A stretch of 64,000 nt of DNA, taken from Macrostomum lignano. Taxonomy: Eukaryota. Positions 47,701-60,950 of the stretch are shown here, piece by piece. Under the pieces are notes generated by a model that worked only from the letters and a program-made list of their open reading frames with translations, did no database searches and was not told where the DNA came from. The position numbers were made by a program, and so were the translations under genes. The stretch covers positions 248,001 to 312,000 of the forward strand of contig NIVC01000995.1 in the NCBI GenBank assembly GCA_002269645.1, given 5' to 3'. The number at the start of each line of letters is the position of its first letter. The stretch's first letter is position 1.

Positions 47701-49260
47701 TACTGTTAGTTTTTTACTTTGTTTTCTAATTTCGCATGCATTTTTCTGAAACTAGATATTCTTATATCGAATGTGAACTTAAATAAAAATAAAGTTGTGA
47801 TACTGTACAAGTTTTATTTGACTCCTACTGTTCATTTGAACAACAAAAGAAAGATTTTGAATGTTGGAGTCCTTGTTGGGCAGGTGTGCCAAGATTTCGG
47901 AAATATTATGCCTTCCTGATTTTGATTATACTGGTTTTTGATAGTGAAGTGTATAATGCCTTTGCAGCCTACTCAACTCTGTACAGATTATCTGCTTTAT
48001 AAAGCTTCCAAACTGGAGGATATAAAGTATTGTCTGCTACTTTATCGAGACTAGGAGGCAATGATTGAAGTAACTGAAACTTTATTCATTTTGTATGCAA
48101 TGAAATATTGTGTATTGCCGTTACTTTACTGTACGCCCGCCGCTCCTACATGTAGATAGCGCCAAACTTTGCATCATGTTAAAGAAAACAAAATTTTGAG
48201 CAACCTGGCGAAAAAAATATCTTTTAAGTGCAACCAGTCCGGAGTTATGAGCATTTAAAGTTCAGCTGCAATGCAAACAAGCGTGCCTTCAAATAATTTT
48301 GCAATATTTACGAGTGTTGCGTCCTGATACAACGGTAACTTCTAGTGGTCCTTGTGATGCCCACGTCCAGTGGGTGGCTCCCTCGCGGCGGAAGGGTACA
48401 CTTGAAGCCCTTCCTGAGGATGAAAGTGGGGGGTTTGCAGTCCACCTCGTCTAAATTGAGGTGGATGCGTTGAAGATCGCGACGGATGTAGTCCAGATGT
48501 GGGATGAGAGTCTTCCCGGGCATGAAGCCCGAGGGCGTGTTAGCAATAAATTTATCACAAATGAGACGCGTGGCGCCCTTCATCGCCTCAGCTCTAATGA
48601 ACAAATGCAGCGGAGGCATGCTGAGGATGGTGTTGAGCCCCTCGTAAGGGGTGGATGGATACGCACCGGTGATGGCACGGCAGATGTTACCCTGCAGCTG
48701 GTACAGCCGGTCCTGCACAGTCTTCAACTCCAACGCACTGGACCAGATAACACACACGCGTAGGTGATACTGGGTCGAATGATGCCGGTGTAGATCCACC
48801 TGACCGTCTTGGGAGATAGCCCCCAGGTAGGCCCGATGGCTCTCCTCACCTGCGCGAAGCAGCGCCTGGCGCGCCCGATGACATTGTCAGCGTGCTTGGT
48901 GCAACGCAGATCGTGAGTGAGCATCACACCTAGATATTTTGTTTCCTTGACTAGGGGGATGTCCTTACCATAGATGGTGAGGTTCCGCATGCTCCACTTC
49001 CGCTTCCTGGTGAAGATAATGGCCACCGTCTTAGCGGTGCTAATGGTTAGGCCGTGCCGGGTAGCCCAGGTTTGCGCCTTATCCGCGAACTGCTGCATCA
49101 AGCTTCGAAGGGTGCTGGTGTCAGGGCCACTGACAATAGCAGCGACATCATCAGTGTAGCCTGCCTTGACGATCCTGCTGGGGACGTCAGGCGTCAGGAG
49201 TTCGTCCATCACGAGATTCCAAAGCAGTGGGGTAAGCACCCCACCTTGGGCTCCGCCCAG
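44705..49260 (-). mobile_element. 5'-truncated non-LTR retrotransposon with RT, RNase H and CCHC domains (LOA/R1/I-group like), frameshifted
   Basis: [10 protein letters not shown] and GYTDD RT motifs; FTDGS, YSDSQAA and WTPGH RNase H motifs; CPFC..H..C finger. (TAAG)n-type 3' tail at 44705-44720. 10-bp TSD CGTCGAGCTC (44695-44704 and 49261-49270). Confidence 0.92.
45719..48354. mobile_element. Non-autonomous TIR DNA transposon, 2636 bp (P- or hAT-type termini)
   Basis: 80-bp TIRs starting CAAGGACCACTAGAAG (2 mismatches). Perfect 8-bp TSD TGATGCCC (45711-45718 and 48355-48362). AT-rich interior; inserted just ahead of the LINE RNase H domain. Confidence 0.93.
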
Positions 49261-49827
49261 CGTCGAGCTCTACGCTAGGGCCCGCCTAACGCGGCCTTCT
49301 GACCTGCTGCGCGAGAGGAGGCTACTCAAGTTGGGGCTGGCCACGTCATCCAGTCAGAGAGTCGCTGTCGTGAGCCGTTACACGACCTGCTGTTGTAGAC
49401 TGTTGTAGATTGGTGTACTGAATACACTAGCGCTTATGAGAAAAATCCGACCTAATGGCAGAATAGTCGAATATCTCGACGGTCCGGAGGGCTGGCGACT
49501 TGATTCTTGTTTGAGAAGGTGCACAACAAAAAGTTGGCCTGTGTTCTTGAATTTCGTGTGCCTGCGTTGCTCCAATACGGCGCAGCATAAAAAATTGTCA
49601 AGGTTTAAATTTCACCCCCCCCTCTTGGACGCACAGCACGAATTTATGCTTCAACAGTAGGAATACCAACCGAAAGCATAAATTCGGTTTTATTTAGAGA
49701 CAGAGCGTATCCTAAATTAGATGCCATATATTGCCAATTGAACTATTTGGCGAAACTGACACTCGGACAGTGTTTTTATTACTATTAATTTCTAAATTTA
49801 AAGTCTGTTATGTAAACAAATACCCAA

Positions 49828-50085
49828 TTAAACATTGGCAGGAGGCTGTGAGCACCCTGGAAGCAATACCTTCAGCGACATCGTCCCACAACCAGTGCTG
49901 ACGACAATTCTGCCCAGTCCACTGACTCCTGAGCACACGCACTTATGCACACGCTTGCACAGGGCACAGCAGCCCTGACTTTCAAATCGTCGGGCATGTA
50001 CACTTTCTGCGCCTTGGGGGTTGCTCTCATGGCCGTGACTCAGCCGAGCACGGAATCGAACCACGGAGTCATGCGCGTTTACTGC
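49828..50085 (-). mobile_element. tRNA-derived SINE family A copy
   Basis: Family core plus GGTTCGATTCC B-box on the - strand. Confidence 0.75.
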
Positions 50086-50577
50086 TGATCTGCAACGCCC
50101 CTTGCCAAATATTGACTTTAACCAAACCTTTTGCATTCAATCTTGTACAGCAATGAACAGACTGCCGAAGGAACGGTCAAGACCTACAGAACTTTTGTTT
50201 TAAGATATGGGGAAAAAGTTACAAACCCTAGGGATTTACGCGTAGTGTAAGGTAGATTAACCCTCCGGACTATGAAAGTCTGTATGAACTGACGTCAACC
50301 AGCCCTCGCGCTCGCTGGAAGATCCAAGACGGAGACAAAATGACATTTTTGTCTCTTTGAAAAGTTAACTGGACCAGCTGTCCCCACTCTGTCAGTCTGG
50401 TCAGCTGTTCCCAGCTACTGTATTGGATTGGAGCGAGCGGCTGTAGCAACTCGCGTGTCACCTGCGCTGCGGCCGAAAACTCCACTGATTTAAGGAGTTT
50501 TGCATCGGAAGGACAGGAGATGGAAAGGATTCCCTGACATAAATGGGCCTCGGCTGTCTAGGGATGCAGAAATAGAA

Positions 50578-50955
50578 TGGATTGCTAATCTATAGTCCAC
50601 GGATTGCTAATCTATAGTCCACGGATTGCTAATCTATAGTCCACGGATTGCTAATCTATAGTCCACGGATTGCTAATCTATAGTCTACGGATTGCTAATC
50701 TATAGTCCACGGATTGCTAATCTATAGTCTACGGATTGCTAATCTATAGTCCACGGAAATTGCTAATCTATAGTCCACGTATTGCTAATCTATAGTCCAC
50801 GGATTGCTAATCTATAGTCCACGGATTGCTAATCTATAGTCCACGGATTGCTAATCTATAGTCCACGGATTGCTAATCTATAGTCCAGGGAAATTGCTAA
50901 TCTATAGTCCACGGATTGCTAATCTATAGTCCACGGATTGCTAATCTATAGTCTA
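50578..50955. repeat. 22-bp minisatellite (GGATTGCTAATCTATAGTCCAC), ~17 copies
   Basis: Read directly. Confidence 0.95.
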
Positions 50956-51340
50956 ATGATTGCTAATCTACAGTAAGTGGATTGCTAATCCATGCGACAG
51001 CACAATACAGCACAGCACAGCAAGCTGCGAGCTATGCGCTTCAAGAGTCGAAGCGAATTCTCGGGGAGATTTCGGAGGGGGCTGCCTGGGGGACCGGCTT
51101 AATTGCTACGGGTTCGGGAAGAAGCAGCGGACTAGAAGAGAAGCTTCCGGACAGGCAATGGGGGAAACTTAGGCTGGGGGGTTGGGACGGGATTGCTTAG
51201 GGGGAACAGGCCGGGGGGGGAGTTCCCGGAGCTAAAATAACCCAACCAGTTTTCCCCTTTGCCCCAGTAGAAAACTGCGCAGTCAAGCAGCTCTGCGCAG
51301 AGCCATGGAGATCTGCGGCCTGAACTTGGAGTTGTTCCCT

Positions 51341-51990
51341 GGGGCGCCATTTCATCTGATATTGTGGCGCTATTCAATTTAATAGGGGCGCCATTTCATC
51401 TGATATTGTTGCGCTATTCAATTTAATAGGGGCGCCATTTCATCTGATATTGTGGCGCTATTCAATTTAATAGGGGCGCCATTTCATCTGATATTGTGGC
51501 GCTATTCAATTTAATAGGGGCGCCATTTCATCTGATATTGTGGCGCTATTCAATTTAATAGGGGCGCCATTTCATCTGATATTGTGGCGCTATTCAATTT
51601 AATAGGGGCGCCATTTCATCTGATATTGTGGCGCTATTAAATTTAATTGGGGCGCCATTTCATTTGATAGGGGCGCCATTTCATTTGATAGGGGCGCTAT
51701 TTCATCTGATAGGGGCGCCAGTTCATTTAATACGGGCGCCATTTCGTCTGATATGAGTGCCATTTCATCTGATATGAGTGCCATTTCATCTGATAGGGGC
51801 GCCATTTCATTTGATATGAGTGCCATTTCATCTGATTGGGGCGCCGTTTCATTTGATAAAAGCGCCATTTCATCTGATTGGGGCGCCGTTTCATTTGATA
51901 AAAGCGCCATTTCATCTGATTGGGGCGCCGTTTCATCTGATATGAGTGCCATTTCATCTGATAGGGGCACCATTTCATTTGATATGGGCG
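51341..51990. repeat. Composite minisatellite: 44-bp units (51341-51650) grading into 21-bp units (GGGGCGCCATTTCATCTGATA)
   Basis: Read directly. Confidence 0.92.
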
Positions 51991-52729
51991 CCAGCGTCAG
52001 CACTGGCGATACCATGTACTTTTGCCGGTCAATCGGGAAGGATACTCCTAGTCCAGAGTAGTTAAATTCGATTAAATTCAGTTGCAATTCTTTCGACAGT
52101 CAACATGGCGCGTCAAACGCTATACACAAAGTTTACGGAAGTTGCGTCCAAAGAAACACTATTTGCGAATAAAGCGCTTCACTGGGCTGCCGCAATCCAG
52201 GTATATCCTGGTTCTAAAGCTCCACGGCACAGCCCAATCATAATAGTACATCACCGGTTAGAGAGTCTCTGGTAGTGACGGTGGACATAAAGTTCTACCC
52301 AGCCGTCGCCCTCCCCCCGCTCTGAAGGCAGCAGCGCTGGCCTGTTGGAACCGCAGGATCCAATGCCCAGACCCATCTAGTGATCGAAGATGAACCAAGG
52401 GGGGGGGGGGCAGGGCCGGAGGCAGAGGGCCCTATCAGCGGCAGCTATTTATGGCCGCGGCAGCGTCTGCTGGGCCCGAACCGCGAATTCGGTCGATTCT
52501 GAACTTCGCAATTTCTGCGCGATTTCAACTGGACTCGATTGTGGCTTTTTTGGATGCGAATCGAAATTTCTTCGATTGAAAACGCTGCCAGGTGCGTCTG
52601 TAAGTGAAGAGCCATTGGCTGTTTGAGAAACTGCCCAGGTAATTAAGGTTATAAGTACCTGGGTAAGAATTAAAATACTGAAGGGATTATGGATCAAAAG
52701 ACTGAAATGATTAGGGATTAAGAGACGAA

Positions 52730-53200
52730 AGGGATTTGGGATTAGAAGACTGAAGGGATTTGGGATTAAAAGACTGAAGGGATTTGGGATTAAAAGACTG
52801 ACGGGATTTGGGATTAAAAGACTGAAGGGATTTGGGATTAAAAGACTGAAGGGATTTGGGATTAGAAGACTGACGGGATTTGGGATTAGAAGACTGACGG
52901 GATTTGGGATTAAAAGACTGACGGGATTTGGGATTAGAAGACTGAAGGGATTTGGGATTAGAAGACTGAAGGGATTTGGGATTAGAAGACTGACGGGATT
53001 TGGGATTAGAAGACTGAATGGATTTGGGATTAGAAGACTGAATGGATTTGGGATTAAAGCACTGAAGGGATTTGGGATTAAAAGACTGAAGGGATTTGGG
53101 ATTAAAGCACTGAATGGATTTGGGATTAAAAGACTGAAGGGATTTGGGATTAAAAGACTGACGGGATTTGGGATTAAAAGACTGACGGGATTTGGGATTC
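52730..53200. repeat. 24-bp minisatellite (GGGATTTGGGATTARAAGACTGAA), ~20 copies
   Basis: Read directly. Confidence 0.95.
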
Positions 53201-53586
53201 AAGAACTGAACGGATTTTTGCCAAAGGAGCTATTGAGCTGGGACACAAACGGAATCCGGGAAAACTGAAAAGAGCTTTCAATCGAAACCGAGTGAAGGAT
53301 AAAGTGCAGCAGAATGATGAATTTCCTAGTGACGCAGGACTTGACGCCTGAATCCAGTAAACATGCGACTTTCCCAAAAACTGTTTTCTCCCCAGACTTG
53401 TCTTCTTCTGGTTGGGAGGACAGCATGACGGAGAAAGAGAAATAACAGAAACAGTGAATTCTCGCACAGAACCTTCCTTTTCCCACAAGATTCTCTTCCT
53501 TCAGCTGATGAAACAAGAAAATTTCTAGTTTACAGCATTGCTTGGCTCTGCGCGTTTTGGCAAGAATAAAAAGACATAAATAAAAA

Positions 53587-53848
<262 letters not shown>

Positions 53849-54769
53849 GCCAGTTCCGCAATCCGATTAACCAGACCGGTTCAACTTGGTGGACAGGGAT
53901 GAGTTTTCGCTCGCTAAGTCCGGCAGTCGCAGATGTTTCGCTTCCCGCCTGAAACGGCGACCCCCCGCAGGCGGCCCCACTTCCCATAAGCTCCGGCTAA
54001 GTGCCACATAAGGATAAGTCCGCGGCTCCAGGGTCAAGCCGCAGGTAAACATGTGTTTCTCTTCAAGCCAAGCAGGCAAAGCTGCTACATTTAGCAGACC
54101 AGAGGGAAACAAATTTGTTGCCGAACACTCGGCCAGGCAGCCCCGCAGGCGTCCTCTGCAGCTGCCAGTCACGGCCCGAAAACCCCTCTTCCCCTAGCAA
54201 CGGCATCGCCCGGGCCTAACAAGCCCTGGCATAGTTTAGTCCTTCATGAACTGCACTCCGCATTTCTCTGAAATCCCACAACCTGAGCAGAGAGGAAGGC
54301 GAAATCGGGATGGCATTTTTAGACTGAATTATTTGCAGACTCCGCGCGGCCCGTCATCAACCCGGAATAATTGCAGGGATTGGGAGATGCGGATTAGCTG
54401 AGCTCGAAGGGTTTAGGCAGGCAGGCAGGCAGGGCGGCACAGTGCATGCCCAATGCCAAACATTCGGCTCTCTCGCTTCTCCTTCCGCCGTTTCTCTTCC
54501 ACTCTCGAAACACCCGGGCTGGGGGCAGGCAGCTTCCCCGAGCAGTTAATTAGGGTAGAGGAGGGAGGTGGCGAGGAGTGTAACAGCTGGGTTGTAGACA
54601 GGAGACTGAAGCTCACCGCAACATGCGCGCCTTAATACCCTTCAATCTTGAGTACAACTTATGTCTATTAACTCAGCATTTCGATCGGGATTAATGAGAA
54701 TATTCCTGTGGCTCAATCCGCTACCTGGATTCTGAAAATTTGATAGTGATTCTCCCATACCTGCAGTCG

Positions 54770-55945
54770 GACCCCTAATCCCACACTGGGGATCCCCAGT
54801 CCCACACTCGGGATCACCAATCTCACACCCGGATCCCCAATCCTTTACCCGGATCCCCAATCCTTTACCCGGATCCCCAATACCACACCTTGATCCCAAT
54901 GCCACACCCGGATCCCCAATCTCACACCTTGATCCCCAATCCCAAATTCGGGATCCCCAATCCCACACCTGGATCCCCAATCCCAAATTTGGGATCCCCA
55001 ATCCCACACCTGGATCCCCAATTCCAAACTCGGGATCCCAATCCCACACCTGGATCCCCGATCCCAAACTCGGGATCCCCAATCCCACACCTGGATCCCC
55101 GATCCCAAACTCGGGATCCCCAATCCCACACCTGGATCCTCGATCCCAAACTCGGGATCCCCAATCCCACACCTGGATCCCCAATCTCACACCTGGATCC
55201 CCAATCCCAAATTCGGGATCCCCAATCCCACACCTGGATCCCAATGCCACACCCGGATCCCCAATCTCACACCTGGATCCCAATGCCACACCCGGATCCC
55301 CAATCTCACACCTGGATCCCCAATCCCAAATTCGGGATCCCCAATCCCACACCTGGATCCCCAATCCCAAACTCGGGATCCCAATCCCACACTAGGATCC
55401 CCGATCCCAAACTCGGGATCCCCAATCCCACACCTGGATCCCCAATCCCAAACTCGGGATCCCAATCCCACACTAGGATCCCCGATCCCAAACTCGGGAT
55501 CCCCAATCCCACACCTGGATCCCCAATCCCAAACTCGGGATCCCAATCCCACACCTGGATCCCCGATCCCAAACTCGGGATCCCCAATCCCACACCTGGA
55601 TCCCCGATCCCAAATTCGGGATCCCCAATCCCACACCTGGATCCCCAATCCCAAACTCGGGATCCCAATCCCACACCTGGATCCCCGATCCCAAACTCGG
55701 GATCCCAATCCCACACCTTGATCCCCGATCCCAAATTCGGGATCCCCAATCCCACACCTGGATCCCCAATCCCAAATTCGGGATCCCAATCCCACACCTG
55801 GATCCCCGATCCCAAACTCGGGATCCCAATCCCACACCTGGATCCCCGATCCCAAACTCGGGATCCCCAATCCCACACCTGGATCCCCGATCCCAAACTC
55901 GGGATCCCAATCCCACACCTTGATCCACAATCCCACACTCAGGAT
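54770..55945. repeat. 20-21-bp alternating minisatellite (GGATCCCCAATCCCACACCT / GGATCCCCGATCCCAAACTCG)
   Basis: Read directly; a GGATCC core recurs about every 21 bp. Confidence 0.95.
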
Positions 55946-56210
55946 CCCAGCATGTAAATCAGAAGCAAGTCTTGCGCACCGCACTTTGCCCGCAGGAGCG
56001 AGACGACACACACCCGTCACTGCACGCATTTAGATTTACAGCTCGAATAGCCGTCCAACCGTCTCGTCATAAGCCAAAAAATCTATTAAATCAAAGTCTC
56101 GGCATCCAACCGGATCAATTAGTTTAGCTTTCCAATTCTAAATAAGTATAGTCTGCACAGTCCGCATTAGTCTATTAGTCTAATCCTAGCCTAATCGCCA
56201 GAGCTAATAG

Positions 56211-56379
56211 ATGCCCACGCCGATGCAAGCGTCGTCTAAGAAGATCCAGGCTACGGCGACGACCTCAGGCGGCGATGGCGGAGTTGGCAAGTCGGCGACG
56301 CCTGTGGCGAGGAAGAAGAAGCAGCAGCAGCAGCAGCAGCAGCAGAAGACTCGACAAAACAGCAGCAAATCGGCCTTGG
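56211..56379 (+). CDS. Candidate first coding exon of the calmodulin-like gene (basic, polyQ)
   Basis: ATG; MPTPMQ...RKKKQQQQQQQQ...SKSAL, then G|GTGCAC (phase 1, weak donor). In frame with the downstream candidate exons. Confidence 0.4.
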
Positions 56380-57301
56380 GTGCACCCTGCTTCTCGGCAG
56401 CATCAGTTGTTGTGAGTACTGCTATCTTTCTTAGAAGGTTTGACAACAACTTGTTTCCTGAAGGACAAATCACACCGCTTTGGAATGACCAAAGTATCCG
56501 ACATCAAAGTTTTGTGTGCAGTTGCTTCCGTGTTTGCTTTGGGATTAAAAGTGTCAGTAATTTCTGGACGTGTCCGTCGTAGCATTGTCATGAGAACTCA
56601 GCGCTCCGTCGAGTGCTTGCTGGTCACTGAGGCGCGACCTGGGATGCAGCTTCTTAATACTAGCCAGCTGTGGTCACGCTGTTGATGCGTTGTTGAGCTT
56701 ACTTCCGCCTCAGATCTCGCGCAATTCACGTCCATGAGAGCCGATTAGAAAGTGGGGGCCTCTGCACACCCCGTGTGTGAGTGTGTGCCTCTGCGTACTT
56801 ACTGGTATCCCTGTGCATACAGGGAAAAGTTGGGTTTGCAGTCATCTGTGTACCAATGGAACCTATTCTAATGTAAACTACGCTCGTGTAGTAGTCAAAA
56901 AACATCTGGAAGAAAAAAGTATGGACATACCTTAGAAAGACACTCTAGATAAGTTATACTTTGTGTACATGTACCAACCCGCATGTGATAGCATGAAATA
57001 CCGGAACAAAGCAGCAATCAAGGACTGTCGAGTGTCGTCTTCAATTTATGTAGAAGCAACGCGAGATAAAGACTGACATGATAGACAAGCAAAACCTGGG
57101 TAGAGAGAGACTGATAAGTGCGCATGCATTCCGATCCGACGCCAGTGCATCCCATGGTCACCGATCGTCTCCTACTGTGCGCCCCCCGTGCACTGAGGAG
57201 CCAGTTTTTATTCGAATTGATAAGGATAGCCACCGGCATTCCCACTTGTGGAATTGAATGATATATACGAGCATGGATAATGCGTACCACTTGTGTCTTG
57301 G

Positions 57302-58557
<1,256 letters not shown>

Positions 58558-58672
58558 CTTTGCATTTGAACAAAAAGTCCCAGAAATTTCCTAGCTCAAT
58601 CGCAAATGTACCGTTCTCTTGCTGGGTGCAAGGCACTAATCAGCCGAGGTCTCCACCCTCTTCGTCTTGCAG

Positions 58673-58712
58673 AATGGAGGAGACGGATGCTTCTCAGGGC
58701 GACAGCTCAAAA
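58673..58712 (+). CDS. Candidate 40-nt exon of the calmodulin-like gene
   Basis: Strong TCTTCGTCTTGCAG| acceptor and |GTAAGT donor. Phase 1 in, phase 2 out; links 56379 to 59042 in frame. Confidence 0.45.
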
Positions 58713-59041
58713 GTAAGTTCCCTCTCTCTCTCCCTTTACTGTTTGCGTCCCTCTAAAGCACGCACGAATCAGGGCAGGCCACCTCTCCCTATCCATTCTC
58801 TGTGGCACGAGGCAGACATGAAGGGGGACACATGCGGCCTGGAGTCGCCAGGCTCATTACCGAATCCAACTGTGCAGGATTAAAGGACTGAAGAAATGTA
58901 GGTAGGGGGCAGAGCTGTAAAACGGAGAAAGGAAAAGCTCGAGATTCAAATTCAAATTGGGACTCCCCTACTTTCTCGAGTACTCGAATCAAGTGGCTCG
59001 TAGAGGGGGACAACAGTTGGCGACAGCTCAGCGCGTCTCAG

Positions 59042-59106
59042 CTTCTCCTTCATCATGGAAGGCGAGCGGCAGAAGGCCAAGGGCGAGTCTGCACCCACTG
59101 ACCGCG
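59042..59106 (+). CDS. Calmodulin-like gene exon (internal ATG at 59055: MEGERQKAKGESAPTDR)
   Basis: Strong G|GTAAGC donor, phase 1, matching the next exon. The 5' boundary (CTCAG|59042) is less certain. Confidence 0.65.
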
Positions 59107-59139
59107 GTAAGCGAAAGAAGCAAAAGGATTTCGCTTTCG

Positions 59140-59455
59140 AGCCTTCACCACTTATTAAGGTCTACCCAATACCCACCTTCACCACTTATTAAGGTCTACC
59201 CAATACCTACCTTCACCACTTATCAAGGTCTACCCAATACCTACCTTCACCACTTATCAAGGTCTACAAAATACCTACCTTCACCACTTATCAAGGTCTA
59301 CAAAATACATACCTTCACCACTTATCAAGGTCTACCCATTACCTACCTTCACCACTTATCAAGGTCTACACAATACCTACCTTCACCACTTATTAAGGTC
59401 TACCCAAAACCTACCTTCACCACTTATCAAGGTCTACCCAATACCTACCTTCACC
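59140..59455. repeat. 34-bp intronic minisatellite (TTATCAAGGTCTACCCAATACCTACCTTCACCAC), ~9 copies
   Basis: Read directly. Confidence 0.92.
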
Positions 59456-59696
59456 CGGTACTAGCAGGAATTTGTAATCAAAGCAAAGTGATTGATTTTA
59501 GAAACATGACTCACTCTGTATCTGACCAAACTTATACATGCACACTGAACCTAAATTCATAAATTGAACACAAAATTACATAAAAATCAATTTGCCGTCA
59601 AATCTACCGCAAACCTAAGTGTAGCTACCTTCCAATTTTATCGAAGCCTACCCCCCTCCACTCGTAATAAATATGATTCCAACTTCCTTTCCCCAG

Positions 59697-59840
59697 AGCT
59701 AAAAGACGCTTTCGATTTCTTCGACATCGACAACGACGGTCGGATCTCGTCCGTCGAGCTGCACAAGGTGTTGCGCTTCCTCGGCACAAAGGTCAACGAG
59801 GAGGAGGTCAAGACAATGATTGCAGATGTGGACACAAACG
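59697..59840 (+). CDS. Calmodulin-like exon, EF-hand 1 and start of EF-hand 2
   Basis: CCCCAG|; ELKDAFDFFDIDNDGRISSVEL...MIADVDTN; G|GTGAGT. Confidence 0.92.
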
Positions 59841-59920
59841 GTGAGTGCAGAACTCCACGATGATGTTAGTTTTTCACTGCAGCAAAATTCCAAGGTCTTC
59901 ACATCGCTTCCATCATGCAG

Positions 59921-60027
59921 GAAACGGCACAGTCGAGTTCAACGAGTTCCTGCGCATGATGCGTTCCTACTATCACAGGCACTGCGACGGGCACTCCGAG
60001 GATGCCGAGATGTGGGAGGCGTTCAAG
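59921..60027 (+). CDS. Calmodulin-like exon, EF-hand 2 and central linker
   Basis: TGCAG|; GNGTVEFNEFLRMMRSYYHRHCDGHSEDAEMWEAFK; |GTATCG. Confidence 0.92.
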
Positions 60028-60373
60028 GTATCGGAGAATCTTGTGTTTACTGTGATTACAGAAATTTCCTAATATTAACGATTTATTAATATTCTATCGA
60101 TAAGATTCTTGATCCAAACCTTCCAAGCTTTCCAAGGTACCAAATTATCAAGCTCTTGAATCTGCATCAACTCTGATGAGTTTCTTGCTCATATTCAGTA
60201 CATGCATTACGGAGCTCAAGACCGATCAAGTGCAATCTTGAATGTCCTTATTTTTCGTACCTATCTTCTCGGTGCAGTTTAACTGATAAAAAAAGCTCAC
60301 GCCTTGCTACTGCAAGTAATACGTAAAACATTTTATCTTGTTGATTTCGTATTTCCAATTCGACCAAAAACAG

Positions 60374-60521
60374 GCATTCGATCACAACGGTGACAACTAC
60401 ATAGACTTCACGGAGATTAAGAAGACGATGCAGTTCCTGGGCGAAGAGGTCACAGACGCGGACGTGAAGTCAATGATCAAAGAGGCGGATGTTGACAAGG
60501 ACGGTCGGATCAACTTTGAGG
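60374..60521 (+). CDS. Calmodulin-like exon, EF-hands 3-4
   Basis: AACAG|; AFDHNGDNYIDFTE...ADVDKDGRINFE; G|GTGCGA. Confidence 0.9.
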
Positions 60522-60587
60522 GTGCGATTTTTCATTGGATTTTAGTTTTGTTTAAATGAATTAATTTAAATTAAATGAAATAAAGGG

Positions 60588-60950
60588 TTTTAGCCTAGTG
60601 GTAAGGGGGTTGTAGCCTAGTGGGAATGGGGGTTGTAGCCTAGTGGGAATGGGGGTTGTAGCCTAGTGGGAATGGGGGTTGTAGCCTAGTGGGAATGGGG
60701 GTTGTAGCCTAGTGGGAATGGGGGTTGTAGCCTAGTGGGAATGGGGGTTGTAGCCTAGTGGGAATGGGGGTTGTAGCCTAGTGGAGGCCGGTTTTAGCCT
60801 AGTGGGGGATTGTAGCCTAGTGGGAAGGGGGTTGTAGCCTTGTGCCGGGGGTTGTAGCTTAGTGCGGGGGTTGTAGCCTTGTGGGAGGTTGTAGCCTAGT
60901 GGGGGGGGTGTAGCCTAGTGCGGAAGGGGGATTGTAGCCTAGTGCGGGGG
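60588..60950 (+). repeat. 23-bp minisatellite (TAGCCTAGTGGGAATGGGGGTTG), ~17 copies, derived from the SINE 5' end
   Basis: Unit contains TAGCCTAGTGG, identical to the A-box of the adjacent SINE. Confidence 0.92.

Larger units (their letters stand above)
44470..49390 (+). mobile_element. RTE-like LINE fragment (44470-44704 plus 49261-49390) split by a later insertion
   Basis: Rejoined across the TSD it reads KLFRAVVETVLLYN..EPWTLT...LEKQLDAAHSAMLRSAF...[22 protein letters not shown], resembling the post-RT region of RTE-type LINEs. Confidence 0.7.
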
